From assembly GCA_030141605.1 (NCBI GenBank), contig JAQGDQ010000003.1:1054001-1118000 (forward strand): 64,000 nt of DNA, written 5' to 3'. The notes beneath the pieces were generated by a model. It worked only from the letters and a program-made list of their open reading frames with translations, did not search any database and had not been told where the DNA came from. Made by a program: the position numbers and the translations under genes. This document shows positions 63,279 through 64,000 of the stretch, in pieces. Source of the DNA: Tubiluchus corallicola (taxonomy: Eukaryota > Animalia > Priapulida). Numbering within the stretch: the stretch's first letter is position 1; each line of letters opens with the position of its first letter.

Positions 63279-63290
63279 ATAATAATTAAC
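63132..63290. repeat. Compound (AAT)n(GAT)n(AAT)n(CAA)n microsatellite
   Basis: Seen directly; explains the homopolymeric ORFs at 63123-63442. Confidence 0.95.
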
Positions 63291-64000
63291 AACACGAAGT
63301 TGACAACAATCAGCAGCGGCTTGCAGCAAACATCATCAGTGGAAGTGTATTGCCACACAATAACGATACTGCCATCATAATCATCACTAGTGACTATCGC
63401 CATAATTAGCAAAACTAACTTCAGCACGTACAGTAACAGCATATAGTAACGCTAATGACCTCTCTCTCCCATAACAACAAAAATAATTCAGTTATTCGCT
63501 CTTAAATTAAAAGTATTGTCCGAGCTCTGTATTCTGCAGTCAATATCGGCTCATAGAAATAGTTTGTTTATAGATATATTTCATGCACTGTTAAATTTAC
63601 GAAACAAAATAATTTTGAATAACAAAAAATAATATAGATTCATTACCAGACGAAACTTGTCTATGAATAATCAGATAGTAAATTGAAATTTTTGTCTTGC
63701 GTAATGGATACCTTTTTATGCGATAATAATTAAAATTGCGTACCATATCCTAATTTCTAGGATCAGGAATTTAATTTTTCCGATTTATCACCGTTTCCCA
63801 CTTAAGCTTATAACAGTCGTGTCACCATGACACGGGATTTTAAGGCACTGACTCATCGCTAATGACCCAAGATGTCATGCGATTCAGCTGTTATTACTGT
63901 AGTTTTAGCCGAGTTTTTATACCATCTTGATCTTCATCAGAGAACGTAATATCCGCTATGAGGAACGTTTAAGTGTTCTTGTTGCACTCAAATGTTTTTA

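Noticed and set aside
63123-63442. Homopolymeric amino-acid ORFs
   Set aside because: Artefact of the compound trinucleotide repeat.

Overview
AT-rich, intron-containing eukaryotic DNA that looks like an invertebrate animal (inference). I reconstructed four spliced genes by hand from splice signals and reading phases. (1) The 5' part of an ARID3/dead ringer-type transcription factor, minus strand; its second intron runs off the left edge and is >=14.5 kb. (2) An M17 cytosol leucyl aminopeptidase (LAP3), minus strand, with 13 in-phase coding exons and an unresolved first exon. (3) A divergent CIP2A-like armadillo/coiled-coil gene, minus strand, 19 coding exons, about 800 aa, with one probable GC-AG intron. 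(4) A two-exon HOPX-like homeodomain-only gene, plus strand, 88 aa, which the ORF track only half shows. Strongly spliced minus-strand exons lie inside the HOPX intron, so the CIP2A-like and HOPX-like transcription units may interleave head-to-head. The rest is intronic or intergenic DNA with MITEs, a LINE RT remnant, SINE-like heads and microsatellites. Most ORFs in the supplied track are spurious. Homology calls rest on recalled protein sequences, not on database searches.
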